Below are positions 24,230-37,384 of a stretch of 64,000 bases of DNA, piece by piece. The DNA comes from the human T2T-CHM13v2.0 reference genome, Homo sapiens: the NCBI RefSeq assembly GCF_009914755.1, contig NC_060928.1, one strand, 5' to 3'. Each line of letters begins with the position of its first letter. The stretch's first letter is position 1. The translations under genes were made by a program, and so were the position numbers. Below the pieces are notes generated by a model. The model had not been told where the DNA came from. It did no database searches and saw only the letters and a program-made list of their open reading frames with translations.

Positions 24230-25200
24230 ACTGTCACCATCTGCCACTCTGAGGGGAGCATTTAAAGAATCAGCGGGATAGGAGCGGTATGTGGCCTGAG
24301 TTAAAAAAAAATGTTGGCAGCTGCTGCCAGCTATCAGTTGCTGCGAATAGCAGTGGTTCTTCCTGACGTGGCAGTTTATGGACTTTCACAAATCCCGGGT
24401 GACCCCTCACAAAGGCGGAGGCCAACATACTAACCGGCTCCAATAGCCATCACTCACCAAGTGCGTTTACAAGGCTTTGTTCCTGTCTCTTTTGTGGCCT
24501 CACAATGGCAGATGCACACCAGGTCCCACAACCAGAGAAAAAGAGAGGGAGGTTACTCGTGGAGATGTCAGAAAAAGTACTCCCCTTGTGCCTGACTTCT
24601 TTGATTAAACCCTTGTTTGATTTTGTCCAGAGAGGCAAGACTTCAACATGTAGCTCTAAGTGCTGGGCCAGGCACCCCAGGTTTAGATGAAAAACTAACG
24701 CTGATAGAGGTATGTGTTTACATCAGACCGAGGTTATACTTACATTTTTCATTTGTTAATATAAATCTAAGTTAACCACCTCAAGCGGGACTCAGCAAGG
24801 GCTGCTCTTTATTAATGGGCTGGTCGTTGCTGTTTTTAAGAGAGTGTCATTAACCCTAACATACGGGCTCCTTGTGTAATTGAACAGTAAATGTGATTAT
24901 GATCCCAACTGCCATCTCCAGGCACTTCTTGGAACACAAGTTCTTTGTACAGGAGAAATAAAGTCAGACACAAAGGAAAAAACGTTCATTTTCTCTTATT
25001 GTATCAAAATTGTTCCTTTAGATTAAGCAGGGTTATTCTTATTCCCCAAGGTGGGAAGCAAAAACAAAGACACTTTAAGTCCAATTAGAAAATACACTCA
25101 TGCGTAAACATTTGATTCCAGTCTTTATTGCAAGGTTATGAACTTGTGCTTACATATTAAAATCTGACTGAGTTGTGAGGCCCTTTTGTTAATACTATAA
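24230..25200. promoter_or_regulatory. Candidate enhancer (non-repetitive, locally CpG-enriched)
   Basis: CRE-like TGACGTGG (24364), GRHL/TFCP2-like AACCGGCT (24432), FOX TGTTTAC (24715) and GTAAACA (25104), HNF1-like GTTAATATAAATC (24755); motif evidence only. Confidence 0.4.
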
Positions 25201-25769
25201 GGCAGGCTCCATGTGTTTGTTTATTTCTGGGAAGGAAAGAATTAACTGGGCTCTTATCCCAGCTCTGTCTCAAATCAGGTACTTTCCTCACTTATTAATG
25301 GAGGAAGGGAGAGTGCCGGACAAGATGTTTTCTGACGTTCCTTTCAGCAGTAACATTCCATAACATGGTGACATTTTTTATGTTGTCATGACTGGCCTTT
25401 CATTACGGTTTCACCCCCACCCTCAACAAGTGACGTTCATCGGCTTACCGTCAGATCCAACATCCCCATGTCTACAGATCTCACAGCCACCATAGGCACA
25501 AGGAGAAAGGAACAGCTCTCGGAGGAGCGACTCTAACTTGGGAGTAGTTGAGTCCCACATCAGCCACCCATGGCCAGAAATACGGGAGGAAACGTGTGGC
25601 TAGAGCAGAGGACAGGTGTCTCTGTACACCTCTCCTGTTCCCCAGAGATGCCTTGCCATTCCATCTCAAATGGCTCTTACACTTTTTGGAAAGCTCTACA
25701 GGTAAATACGTTTCAAACATGGAGATAATTTACCATAAATGAGAACAATAAGCTGATAATCACTGATAA

Positions 25770-26025
25770 TCACATTTAAATATTAACCTGAACTCATTAT
25801 GTATTAGGCATTATGCAGAGTGCTTTATGTGTATTATCATGTGTAATCCTCCCAATAACTCTTGACAATTGGTATTATTACACCTACCTCACTGATTAAG
25901 AAACTAAGGCTTAGAGAGGAAAAGTAATTTGCAGAGTGCCTCATGGTTCAGAGGTGGTCACGTTGGCATTTGAATCCAGAAAGTCTGACTCTTGAGTCCA
26001 TATGTTTAACCACTATGCTATGATG
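25770..26025 (-). mobile_element. MIR
   Basis: AGAAACTAAGGCTTAGAGAGG...TTTGAATCCAGAAAGTCTGACTC. Confidence 0.8.
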
Positions 26026-26181
26026 CCTCTTACAAGACAGGCAGACAGGCAAAGCTCTGGACAGGGTGTCAAGAGGCTTCGGTTCTAGTCTCAATCTGTA
26101 ATGGCTGTGTGATGTTCAACAGGTCACTGCAAGTATTGGCTGCAGTTTCTTTCTGCTTGATAATAGGAGGTTGGGCTGGGT

Positions 26182-26357
26182 CAGTGCTCCTCAAAGAGGG
26201 ATGTATGGGCTGCTCTACCCAGAATCACCTGGGGTGCTTACTTGGGCTCCATTGCAAATGTACAAAATCAGAATCTCTGGGGATAAGGCCCAGGAATCTA
26301 TCTGCTGAACAAGAACCCCAGGTGATTCTTAAGCATATTAAAGTCTGAGAACCCCGT
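26182..26357 (-). mobile_element. MER5A-family hAT-Charlie MITE
   Basis: CAGTGCTCCTCAAAG...AGAATCACCTGGGG...AATCAGAATCTCTGGGG...CCCAGGTGATTCT...AAAGTCTGAGAACC; strand assignment tentative. Confidence 0.8.
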
Positions 26358-26779
26358 GTACATGATTCCTAAATCTCATCTGGGCTGTATTATTAAATGG
26401 CCCATGGTTTCCTTTTGTTAGAGACTCTTCAAGAATGCAAGCCATTCTCTTTCAATGGGGCCCAAAGTTAACCCCCAAATATCCAGAACATCTTCTTTAG
26501 ATCAACTTTATATGACACAAGCTCTTGCTTCGTATACGACACAGGCACATTCCTCCTCCTCTAAAATGTTTAAACCATGCCAAATGAATTCCGCTCATTT
26601 AAGAGGAATGCAAAAACAAGATGACATGGCCTTAGCTAAAATAATTTTCTTAAAGTTGTTTTGCAAATAGATGTGAATAAACATATGGAACTAGTTACTG
26701 AGGAAAGGGTCACTGGATCACAGAACACTGACAGTACATGAGGGAGGGAGGCAGGGAGGAAGAGAGAGACTCCAAATTG

Positions 26780-26781
<2 letters not shown>

Positions 26782-26829
<48 letters not shown>
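26782..26829 (+). repeat. (AC)24 microsatellite
   Basis: Long perfect dinucleotide run, likely polymorphic. Confidence 0.95.
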
Positions 26830-26832
<3 letters not shown>

Positions 26833-27120
26833 AATCACCTATACAGAAGAAAACAGGTAAAATTAGGCTGTAAGTGAACAATGTGAGAGAAAATAGGCTT
26901 CATTTTTACTGAGAATAAGTAAGTTTTGTCACCTTGTCCACGGTCTTAATTTTTTCTCTGAATTTATGTTCCTATTTTCCCCTAAAAATGTCCCTCTCAC
27001 CCTATTATCTTCAGTCTTTCCCCCAACTTACCTTTTGGCCTATTTATGTTTGTCCCTTCCTGCTGAAAGTGAGGTTAGAGTGACAAAATAACCCACACCC
27101 AGTACCTTATAATTTCATGA

Positions 27121-27656
<536 letters not shown>

Positions 27657-28039
27657 TAATAGTACCAAAAGTCACTCACAACAACAAAAATTTATTATAC
27701 ATCAACTATGCAAAGTACAGTTCCAGTTGCTATGAGGAAAACAAAGATGCAAAGATGTGTAAGATGTGGTCTCTGCCTTTAAGGACCTTAGCGCCTAATT
27801 TTAGAGACTAGGAATGCTCCAGGAAGTGAGTATCGTAGGAGTTCATGGTCATTGTGAGTAGTCTGGCTACAAAATGGCCTCCTGGGGGAAGTGGGACCTG
27901 AGCGGGACCTTGCAGGAGAGGCTGAGGAGGGTTGGCAGATCATTCTGGGCACAGAGAATGACTGCAGTCTCCACTCCCACTTCTTTTGATTCTGGCATAT
28001 TGATTTTCTTTACCCTTTACCCTCAGCTCCCGTGATTCA

Positions 28040-28425
28040 GAACTTTACCTTGCTCACCAAAGCACTCTGTCCATCTGGCCACGGTGAGGGCTCAGCATGG
28101 CCCATAATCCAGATCAGTCTGAGACATGATCTTGAGACTTTTGCTGGAACCATGGGAAAGGGAAGTTCTCCTTTTTGGGGGGCTGCTTGTTCAGAGGATG
28201 TAATCCCGAAGCTACTGGCGGCCATTTTGCTACTACCCAGAGAGGGATGAACTAAGAATAAGGCCAACACTGAGAGAGGCAGAGCCAAGACAGAGGCAGA
28301 CTCCTGAGGACAAAGATTGAGGAAACCAGACCTATCCCTGGCCTTTTATTTCATATAAGCTGTTTATTTTAATCCGCTTTTTAAAAGCTAGCTTGAGTTG
28401 ATTAGCTGTCATTTGTAAGTTGGAA
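28040..28425 (+). mobile_element. MLT1K-like MaLR LTR
   Basis: GACTTTTGCTGGAAC, GCGGCCATTTTG, GAGAGGCAGAGCCAAGA and 3' AAGCTAGCTTGAGTTG...TGTCATTTGTAA motifs. Confidence 0.65.
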
Positions 28426-29346
28426 GGAGAAATGTCAGGGTGTTCATGGAATAGTGGGAAAACAGCCTCCCTGGTTGATGTTGAGCAGCTGAAACAGTGA
28501 GGTGTGGCCAGACTTGGCAGAGGATGGGAGGGGAGGCATGAATGCAAAGCAATGGAATAAGAACTTTATATCTTATTAGCAAGAGATGCCACTGACGACT
28601 TATGGGTGAGAAAATACTGATGACAGAGGTAACATTTTAGTAAGAGTTCATGCACAAGACAGGAAGGAGGGCAAGATGAGCTCTTAGGTTACTTTCAGCC
28701 TGCAGATTCTGTGTAGATGGTAATAGCTGGTGACAGTCATGGCTTAGAAGTGGTGAGACTGGAATCTGGGATAAGCAGAAGGCAGTTATAGACAGTCTGA
28801 AGGCAATACTACAGTGGTGACGATAGGAATGGAAAAGGGAGGCTTGGAATGACATTGTGAAAGAACTGACCCCACGTTGGTGACTGCTTGTGACAGGCAA
28901 AGAGAAGAGAAGATGTTGAGTCCCTGCACCTCTGAATTGAGAGGATAGTGGTTCCACTGATGGAAATTACTGGTGGAGTGGGGATGATTCTCACCTAAGA
29001 CTTTTGAAGGAATGTGACTGGAGCTTAAAGGTGGCCATGGTAATTCTTTAATCTCCCTGCATATGGGTTGGACAAGACAAGCTTTGAGGTCCCAGCCAAT
29101 TCTATGGCTCTCTGATTCCAGGAAGTAGGTCAAGGTTGCAAATGCAGATTTGGCACTGAAGGGAGCTCTCTGTTCTAAGCAGCTTCAGAGGGTACTTCAC
29201 AGAAGCTCCAACTCAAAGCAGAAATCTCCTTTCCAGAAAGTCTGTTAGTTGGGCCTTCAACCTGAACACATTTTACTCCTGGTACCTTACAAACTCTTGA
29301 GGCCACCAACTTTGCTGCCAGATAGCTTTAACAAAAAACGATACCC

Positions 29347-29405
29347 TTTATTGAGTTGAAATAGTCTTCCCTATAAATGTCGTCTGTAGGTTGTAGTATT
29401 TTCTC
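29347..29405 (-). other. Candidate terminal exon of an unannotated minus-strand transcript
   Basis: Acceptor CTTCTTCTTAAATGTGCTACCTTCAG|G; AATAAA at 29352-29347. Confidence 0.2.
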
Positions 29406-30252
29406 CTGAAGGTAGCACATTTAAGAAGAAGCATAGCTGGGCTGGGAATGGGGTGGCAGAGGTCATTCTCCTTGGCCACATTCTCAAAATATGATTGTCT
29501 TCCTATTTTTTTCTTTTTGAAATAATATGTTAAAATGAGCATTGTGTTAATGCTATGATGAAAATAGTTTGGGGGGGGGCAGCATTACTGAAACAGGCTA
29601 AGAAAGTAGACAAAAGTTGTAACTTCTTGCCTCCCTGTCCGTCTGCTTTAATCAGCAGTAGGAAACCTGCCTTAGCCCCAGACTGGCTCTCCCAGATGAT
29701 GGAATCTGACTTTCTTTGAAATGAAGTCGAATCCCTTTTTCCCAAGACAGCTTATCCAATATTTTACTATCATGGTCATTGTGAATCTTTCTTTTCCAAA
29801 TTAATTATCTCTGTGGATGACACAGCTGAAGTTTTTAGCTTGGATGAGATCCCAAAAGGAGAGGGAATAGAAAGAAGGGCCAAGGCCTCACAAATCCACA
29901 CAAAAGTGACTTACTTGTATATAAGCTCATTGGTTTCCTTATTTCTCCTCCCCCAGCGCAACACACATAAACCTGGCTTTGTTTAAATCAAGAATTACTA
30001 AACAAACACAAGTTTTACCAAGTCGAAGTCTCCAGAAGTACTCCATTTCTATGAAGGCATTTTAATTATCCTCTATTGAAAAAAACTGTATCTTCCCAAG
30101 TTTGCAACTTATTTTCAGAATGCCCTGATCAATTATTAGTGAGATTACTATGGGGACCATTTAGGGTTAAAAAAATAAAATCTTTCTCTCTGTTGTTTTC
30201 TCCTGATGCAACGTAAGGTTGGAGGAGAAGTGAGAATCCTGGGGTCACTCAC

Positions 30253-30392
30253 CCTACTGCTTTAAAAATGTTCACATATACTTCATTCTTTTGCATTAAG
30301 AATTTGCTGTAAGGTCCTTGGACTGTCTTCTCTTTCCCATATCTTGGAGTCGGGTTCGAAAAGGCAATGTATCTTTCTGAGAGTACCAATGT
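30253..30392 (-). other. Candidate internal exon (140 nt)
   Basis: Acceptor ATTCTTTACAG|AC, donor AGG|GTGAGT, one open frame; lies in non-repetitive DNA. Confidence 0.4.
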
Positions 30393-31589
30393 CTGTAAAG
30401 AATATTTTTAACTTGATGTTTTGTTTTTAAATCTAACCACCCTGCCCTGTTCCTTATCTTAAATTGAACTACTTCAAATATGAGTATATAAGGTACAGTT
30501 ACACACTCAACTGTCTGCAAAAGTCTCTCCATCAAATGAACTCAAATTCCCCTTTTCTAGCCATGATTATTTATTTTTCCTCAGGAATGGGGAAAAATAG
30601 CTCCTTTGAGACAGGATTCTCTTCTGTAAATTTGGTGAGCAACAGCCTACATCTTTCTCTCAGCCTCAGTTTCACACTCCAAAAGATACACTATTGGTAA
30701 AAACAGAGGTGAGGGGAGGATAAAATGTTGCCTTTTGGTTTCATAAGTTGGACAAGAAGCAATGGCTGCGCAACATTAAAAGTTCCATATTGTGTCATTA
30801 TCTGAATAGTTAATCAAATACCTGAAAATCAAGAGATGCCTAAGAAAAATTACACATGAGAATGAAGGACTAGTCATACATTTGTCCTTGCCAAATTACA
30901 TTTTTCTCTTGTCATTAATTGGGAAAAAGAATAATATAAAGATTGTATTCAATTATTTCCATTGAAAAGCTCAATAATGGATTAATTAAGACCAACACAT
31001 CTTTTCCTGAAGCAGGCCACTTAGCAATGTTCTGGGCACCAATTTTAGAAATGGAAAGCCTCCAAGTGGTTGTGTTCCAAGATTTTAAAGCTAATTAGTA
31101 CAGAGAAATTATTTTTATCTATGCATCATGTAAAGATACAAAAACTAGGTCAGGAATATTTCTGCCTATTGTTAGTTGCTTAAGTTCTGGGCTGGTTGGA
31201 GGCACAGCAGCTTGGCAGAAGGGTAAACATGCATATATCACAGGTTGAATCCAATCCAGTGTTAAGTCATCAGTAGTAACTGCTAATTGCTTTAGCCAAC
31301 AGGTCCAACTTTTCCAAAATAGGAAAAGGATATTTTACTATACCAAAAGGGGGTTCACATATTCCCAAAACCAATGTCTTTTCCAACGGCCCTGTCAGCA
31401 CTGAAGTAATCTCCATCCATGTTTCCAGGAACATTCTAGGAGTTGCAGGCTAAGTGTCTTGAATTTTGATTTCACTGAATTAATGGTTCAAGGTAAACAA
31501 AGTGGGTTTGCAATGTCAAGACAATATAGTCAACTACTACAATCCACCTCAGATTGCCAAAGTAATATTGACCTTGCGAAATGTGAGGG

Positions 31590-31618
31590 ACACACACACA
31601 CACACACACACATACACA
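31590..31618 (+). repeat. (AC)n microsatellite
   Basis: Dinucleotide run with one interruption. Confidence 0.9.
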
Positions 31619-33497
31619 AGGACTCAGAAGCGATCCTTGAATCTTTTGGTCTCAAACACCCATCAAGTGCAGTTTGTTGTCCAGCCCTCACTTGAGTACT
31701 CCTAAGGGTGAGCCAGCATAAAATTGGATGCTCTAAGATAAGCATCTGAGATAAAATAACACTATGTTAATTTAGTGAGTAATTTAGACAATGGTATCAG
31801 TTCAGATCCCATCTTGCAATGGAAAAAGCCTCGCAGAAATGACATTAATTACATGATTCCTAATCTGAAAGGCAAAATGTATGGTGGTGACTAAATGAAT
31901 AAAACAAAACACAAACACACACACACACACACACAGTGCTGTTGCCATCTATTTCATAATGATCATTCACTCAGACAGCATGTATTGAACACCGTCTACA
32001 TGCCGTAACCATCATGATAGGTGGAGGCCAGGCTGGAAAATGTCAGATTTCGTGTTATTTCTGCATTCTGTTGCACATATTTCCTTTTCTAGGAGCCATA
32101 TTGAAAACACCCCAATAAATTAGGTAGACTATAAAAGCCCCCCCACAAAAAATGATGGGCCTAAGAGTGACATCTTTCATGGCATATTATTGGATTTCTT
32201 TGATTCCTCACTTCATGCCACAGACACTATTTACTGGTTTCCAGCCTCAGCCCAGAGCCCTCAGTTCCTCTGGCACCCCTAACCAATGCCCATTTCCCCC
32301 AGCGGCTGAGCACATGCTTCTTTTATTCTGCCCCTGCCATGCTAGTGTTCATTCTACCCACAGAGTGGTGTCCCGTAACTTCCTTATTCTTCTCATGTTT
32401 ATTGGTCAGAATCTGTGCATGCCCAATTTCCACAGCACTGTGCAGTATTCAAAATGATGCCAATATTGCTGACATTTCAGCTCCCAGAGGGTGTGGAGCA
32501 GAGCACCCATGGAGGCTGTGCGTTGCCCACTTCTGATGTTCCATGCCTCCTCTAGCACCTCCTGCTGTAGCCAGCAAGCCTGGCTGGGTCTGGCCTTTAG
32601 GAAAACAGCTCAGTACCATACATGTGACCAAAACCTGCCATGACTTGGTTTCATTTGGCTTGACAGTTGTTATAGAAGGAGCCTAGGAGCTCACAATTCA
32701 TTCTTTCATAGTCATAATAGGAAGATCATGGTTGTGGTCTCTTTTCTATTATTTATTACTCAAAAAACTTGACTCTGGTGTCTGCAAATAATACTCTATG
32801 CTAATAATGCTACCAGTTATTGTAATTCAAACAACATGGGTAAACATGCCAAATACAGACTTCATGGGTGCTAAAAATGTGCTAAACTTGGATCTGATTG
32901 ATAAAGACTTTCTTGGGACAAGAATTAAAAATGGCACGATCCTATGAAAACGACATCTGATTTATAGGATCAACCCTTGACAGCCCAGTCTTGACATGTT
33001 GAAGTGCCCTCATTTATGGAGACACACCAGGCCATCTGGTGATGGGCCCATGCCTCATGCCCTGCACCATTCTTTTTGTTCGTAAATGCCAGGATTTTGT
33101 TGTGCTTTAAGGAAACATACCAAGGATGCATGTTTAGTAATCTTCCATATCTGGAATTTGAAATACTCTCAACTGATTATACGTGTGTTTTTTATGACAT
33201 TCTCCTGTGCATGTGCAAAGTAGATCAACGTAAGCACAGGTCACTTGATGACCTGAGTCCTTTCCCAGGCAGTGCCCACGGTCATCTGCTCATCTGCTGC
33301 TGTGGTCAATCTTGTGATTCCTCGGATTCTTTAAATCCCTTTCCTCCTTCCCACATTACCTTCCACATCACCTTTTTAATCTCTGTTTTCAGGCTCATAA
33401 CAATCTCTCCCCAAATCTCAACCATCCCTTACTCAACCAAGGGAGCTCTTACTCAACCAAGCAGCTCTTTATCTGGTTCTTCCCATCTTCTGCATCT

Positions 33498-33722
33498 AGT
33501 TTTTAAAAATATACTTCATTTGTTTGGTAGGACAGTTTTAGATTTATAAAAAAAGTGACAATAGTATAAAGATTTCTTATATAATTTATTGCTATCTGAA
33601 GCCAGTTTCTCTTATTATCGACATCTTACATAAGTCTGGTACTTTTTTTTACTATTAGTGAACCAATATTGATACATTTTCTTAACTAAAGTATAAACTT
33701 TATACAGACTTCCTTTGTTTTT
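33498..33722 (-). mobile_element. L1MC/MD-like 3' end
   Basis: CAGTTTCTCTTATTATCGACATCTTACAT...GAACCAATATTGATACATT...TAACTAAAGT. Confidence 0.65.
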
Positions 33723-33724
33723 AA

Positions 33725-34064
33725 AAAAAATTGTGTAAAGCTCATGTATATAACATAAAATTTACCATTGTAGCCATTTTAAGTGTACAGTTCAGTGGCA
33801 TTAACAACATTCACATTGTGCAGCCAACACCACCATCCATCTCTGGAACTCCTTTTCTTTTGCAAGGCTGAATTCTTGACCCATTAAACTGTAACCACAC
33901 TCTTCCTTCCCTCCAGGACCTGGCAAACACCATCCATTTTACTTTCTGTCTCTATGAATTTGACTACTGGAGATGCTTCATATAAGTAGAATCATACAAT
34001 ATTTGTCCTTTTATTTTTGGCTTACTTCAGTTAGCATAATGTCTTCTAGGTTCACCCATATTGT
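33725..34064 (-). mobile_element. L1MB-like 3' end
   Basis: TAACATAAAATTTACCATT...AAGTGTACAGTTCAGTGGCATTAA...CTTTCTGTCTCTATGAATTTGACTACT. Confidence 0.8.
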
Positions 34065-34274
34065 CCATCATCTGCATCTTTAAACAACCTCAAGGGCATG
34101 TTGCTGCACATTCTTGATCTTTCTACCATGGTCTCACTCTTACTTCTGGTTCTCTACCCTGGGGTTGGCCAGCTTCCACATGGAACCCCAGCTTGCCTCT
34201 AGTTCTGGGACCTTGCCCTAAATCCCATTTTGCCTCTGGGACCCGAGAACCCCTCCTAGATCTTACATTTTCAA

Positions 34275-34470
34275 ATCACTTACTACATGGCAGTCCTTGT
34301 TGTCCCTAAGTAACTCTATACATGTTATTTTGCTTAATTTTCACAACATCCCCATGAAGTAGGTACTAATATTAATCCCATTTTACAGATGAGGAAACTC
34401 AAGCATAACTTGCCAAAGGAATACAGTAAACAAATGGCAGTCTGAGAATTGGAATCTAGGCAGTCCCAAA
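34275..34470 (-). mobile_element. MIR
   Basis: CCCATTTTACAGATGAGGAAACT core. Confidence 0.8.
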
Positions 34471-35757
34471 TGTCCTGTAATGTCTCTCAGTTCCTGCCAG
34501 TCCTGGTGTTCCTTCCATGGGAGAAGTGGTCCAGTTCTCTGTACTCCTGATAAGACCACAAATGCACATATTTCCTCATGAGACTACAGCTGGTGCTGAT
34601 TCCTTTTGGAATCTCTCCCCATTGCCCTGTTTGCTGGTTTGGGTCTGGTGGTACCAGTGTTTTCTGAGCCATGCCTGAGCTTGTGAGACCCTTTGTCTAC
34701 CCTCTGGGCTCTGGAGCCTGTGTCTCATGCCCTGCTCTGCACAATTCTGTCTCTTCCTTTTTCCCCTCCCTATGTCATTCCCATCAGTGTTGACTTGTTT
34801 CCCAGTTCCAATATAACTTCAGCCGGGGTCCTCTCAGTTATTAATATTTTTGTTAAATTTAATTCTACAACTACAAGGAAGATGGCTCTAGCATCCCACT
34901 AACATTTTATTTTATCATCTGGAAGGCTGGCAACACATAATAATTCAATTCAAAAGCCACAACAGTCCTTTGGCCTGTATTAATAGAGGCCATTTCATGG
35001 CTGGGAAATGCCACCACCCTTGCAGGGGAATCACAGCCATCAATGTTTGCTCATTCCATTTCTAAAGTCATCTCTGCTCTCATTTAGACCGGGGCTACTG
35101 TGTGCCAGGCACTGTGCTAGGGCTAACACTATAGGTTGCTGTTGCTCAACTATGCAGAGAGCATTGTTGTTTGACATTTTAAATGCTGTGCACAAAAGAT
35201 ATTCTTACTAAAAGGCACAAAGTCAGAGGCTGCATCAGGGAGGAGATAAGGTACTTAAAATGACACCTTGAGTTCAAATGGGAGCAAGTCAGAACATGCA
35301 GGCATACTTGGTTCTGTTTCATGGCTGGGCTTTGTTTATATCTGGTCTTCCAATCTGTGGCCGTGGGGCAAATAGGTGATCGGGTGTATGGGTGTGTGTG
35401 TGCATGCATGTATGTGTGTTCAGCATTTATGTAGCCGTGGTTGGCTGACATGGACGACAGATACTATTATGAATTCTTTACTGCAAGAAGGGAAGATTAC
35501 ACAGAGGTTGTCAAGAACCTAGCCACAGGGAAGTGGGTGTGACAAAAATCTCTGATTTATACTTCTATCACTGCAAGACAGAATTGGACAGGTATGAGGG
35601 GGATGCTGTTGGTGTGGGGATCGGCAACCAACTGTGTGTGTGTCTGGGTGCTGGTGTGTGTGCATGTATGTATATGTGTGTGTTGTGCTCAAGGGATCTC
35701 ATGTGGGGGCAGCCAAATATTACCTGGGGATGGGGCCATAAAACACATTCAAATATA

Positions 35758-36235
35758 TGACAAAGATTCTCTGCTTGGCCAAACGCCAGTTAGGCTTCTG
35801 AATCCTCTGCTAGGCCCATATGTTCACTTTCTTGTAAAATCCAGTTTTGGCAAAGAATTCTGCTACATCAGTTTAGCAAGAACCGCTATCCTCAATATCT
35901 GATCATCCTTGACATCTGATTAGGTTTCTCACCCTCCACCATTCCCCAGGTGATGTCCAATCACCCTGGCCTGTCTTTGGCAAGAATCCTGTTAGGTGGG
36001 TTTAGCCAGACTCTCCCTCACCCGTGATGTCTCCCCTTAGTAATTTTCCATCCACTGACTCCCACACTCTTCCTTGGCTATAAATTCCCACTTGCTTATG
36101 ATGTGTTTGGAGTTGAGCTCAATCTTTTTCCTGACTGCAAGACCCTATTGTGGTGGTCTGTATAGCTACCTTTATGGTTCTGAATAAAGTCTTCCTTACT
36201 GTGCTTTAGTAAGTATCATTGAATAATTTTTAACA
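35758..36235 (+). mobile_element. MER31(A) ERV1 solo LTR
   Basis: TGACAAAGATTCTCTGCTTGGCCAAAC start, TATA-like CTATAAATT, AATAAA at 36183, TAACA end. Confidence 0.85.
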
Positions 36236-36359
36236 ACATGTTTTTAAATCATACATAAATATAAATCATTGCTCTTGGCCCAAATATCCATTGGTAGGAA
36301 AATGGTTTAGGAAATTAGAGTTCATGACAGAATAGAATATACTTATGGAACTCATAAGG

Positions 36360-36745
36360 GCCCCTCTCAAACATTCCATCTCTTGTTCTTCCAGGCACAC
36401 AGTAGATGAACAGTTCAGTCCCTGGAAGTTGGCTTGGCCATGTGATTTGTGTTGGCTGGTGGAAAGGAAGCTGGGGTGATGGGTGTTACTTCCAGACAGG
36501 ACTCTTAAGAGGCTGTTTGTAATTTGCTGTTTCTCCTTCCTCTGCCTCAGTGATTGTGGAAGTGTGTGTCCTGATGAGGTCTGACCCCTTGGGCCTGAGG
36601 AGGAGTGACTATGATAAGCAGAGCCTTCTGCAAACCTGAGGCAGTGATGCAGAGGGAGTGAGATATGAATTTGAGTTGTGTTTAGCCCCTGAGATTTGGG
36701 GATTATGTTAACTGGAGCAAAACCTAGCCTCTACTGCCTAAGATG
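36360..36745 (+). mobile_element. MLT1I/J-like MaLR LTR
   Basis: TGGCCATGTGATTTG...GTTACTTCC and TAGCCCCTGAGATTTGGGG...AACCTAGCCT. Confidence 0.65.
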
Positions 36746-37234
36746 ACCTGCAAGGACCATTATGGAAAACATTAATAGTGTGAGGCTGAACTGGAAGACA
36801 ACATGCAAAAATGAAAATCACTGTTAGTTTTTTGAAAATGGGCAGTTTTCTTCAATACAGTTGCATTTTTTTCACTTATAAAAATGTTTAAAGAGGGTAA
36901 AAATCTCAAGGAGTATAAAAGAAAACAATTGGGGCGTGGAGCCAAGATGGCTGAATAGGAACAACTCCAGTCTACAGCTCCCAGCGTGAGCGACACAGAA
37001 GACAGGTGATTTCTTCATTTCCAACTGAGGTACCGGGCTCATCTCACTGGGGAGTGTTGGAAAGTGGGTGCTGGACAGTGGGTGCAGCATACCCAGTGTG
37101 AGCCAAAGCAGGGCGAGGCATCGCCTCACCCGGTAAGTGCAAGGGGTCAGGGAATTCCCTTTCCTAGTCAAAGAAAGGGGTGACAGACAGCACCTGGAAA
37201 ATCGGGTCACTCCCACCCTAATACTGCACTTTTC

Positions 37235-37384
37235 CTACAGTCTTAGCAAACAGCACACCAGGAGATTATATCCTGTGCATGGCTCAGAGGGTCCTATGCC
37301 CATGGAGCCTGGCTCATTGCTAGCACAGCAGTCTGAGATCAAACTGCAAGGTGGCAGCGAGGCTCGGGGAGGGGCACCCACCAT
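37235..37384 (-). pseudogene. L1 ORF0, truncated (49 aa, MVGAPPRASLPPCSLISDCCASN...)
   Basis: Recognisable ORF0 N-terminus in the ORF track, with an early stop. Confidence 0.8.
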
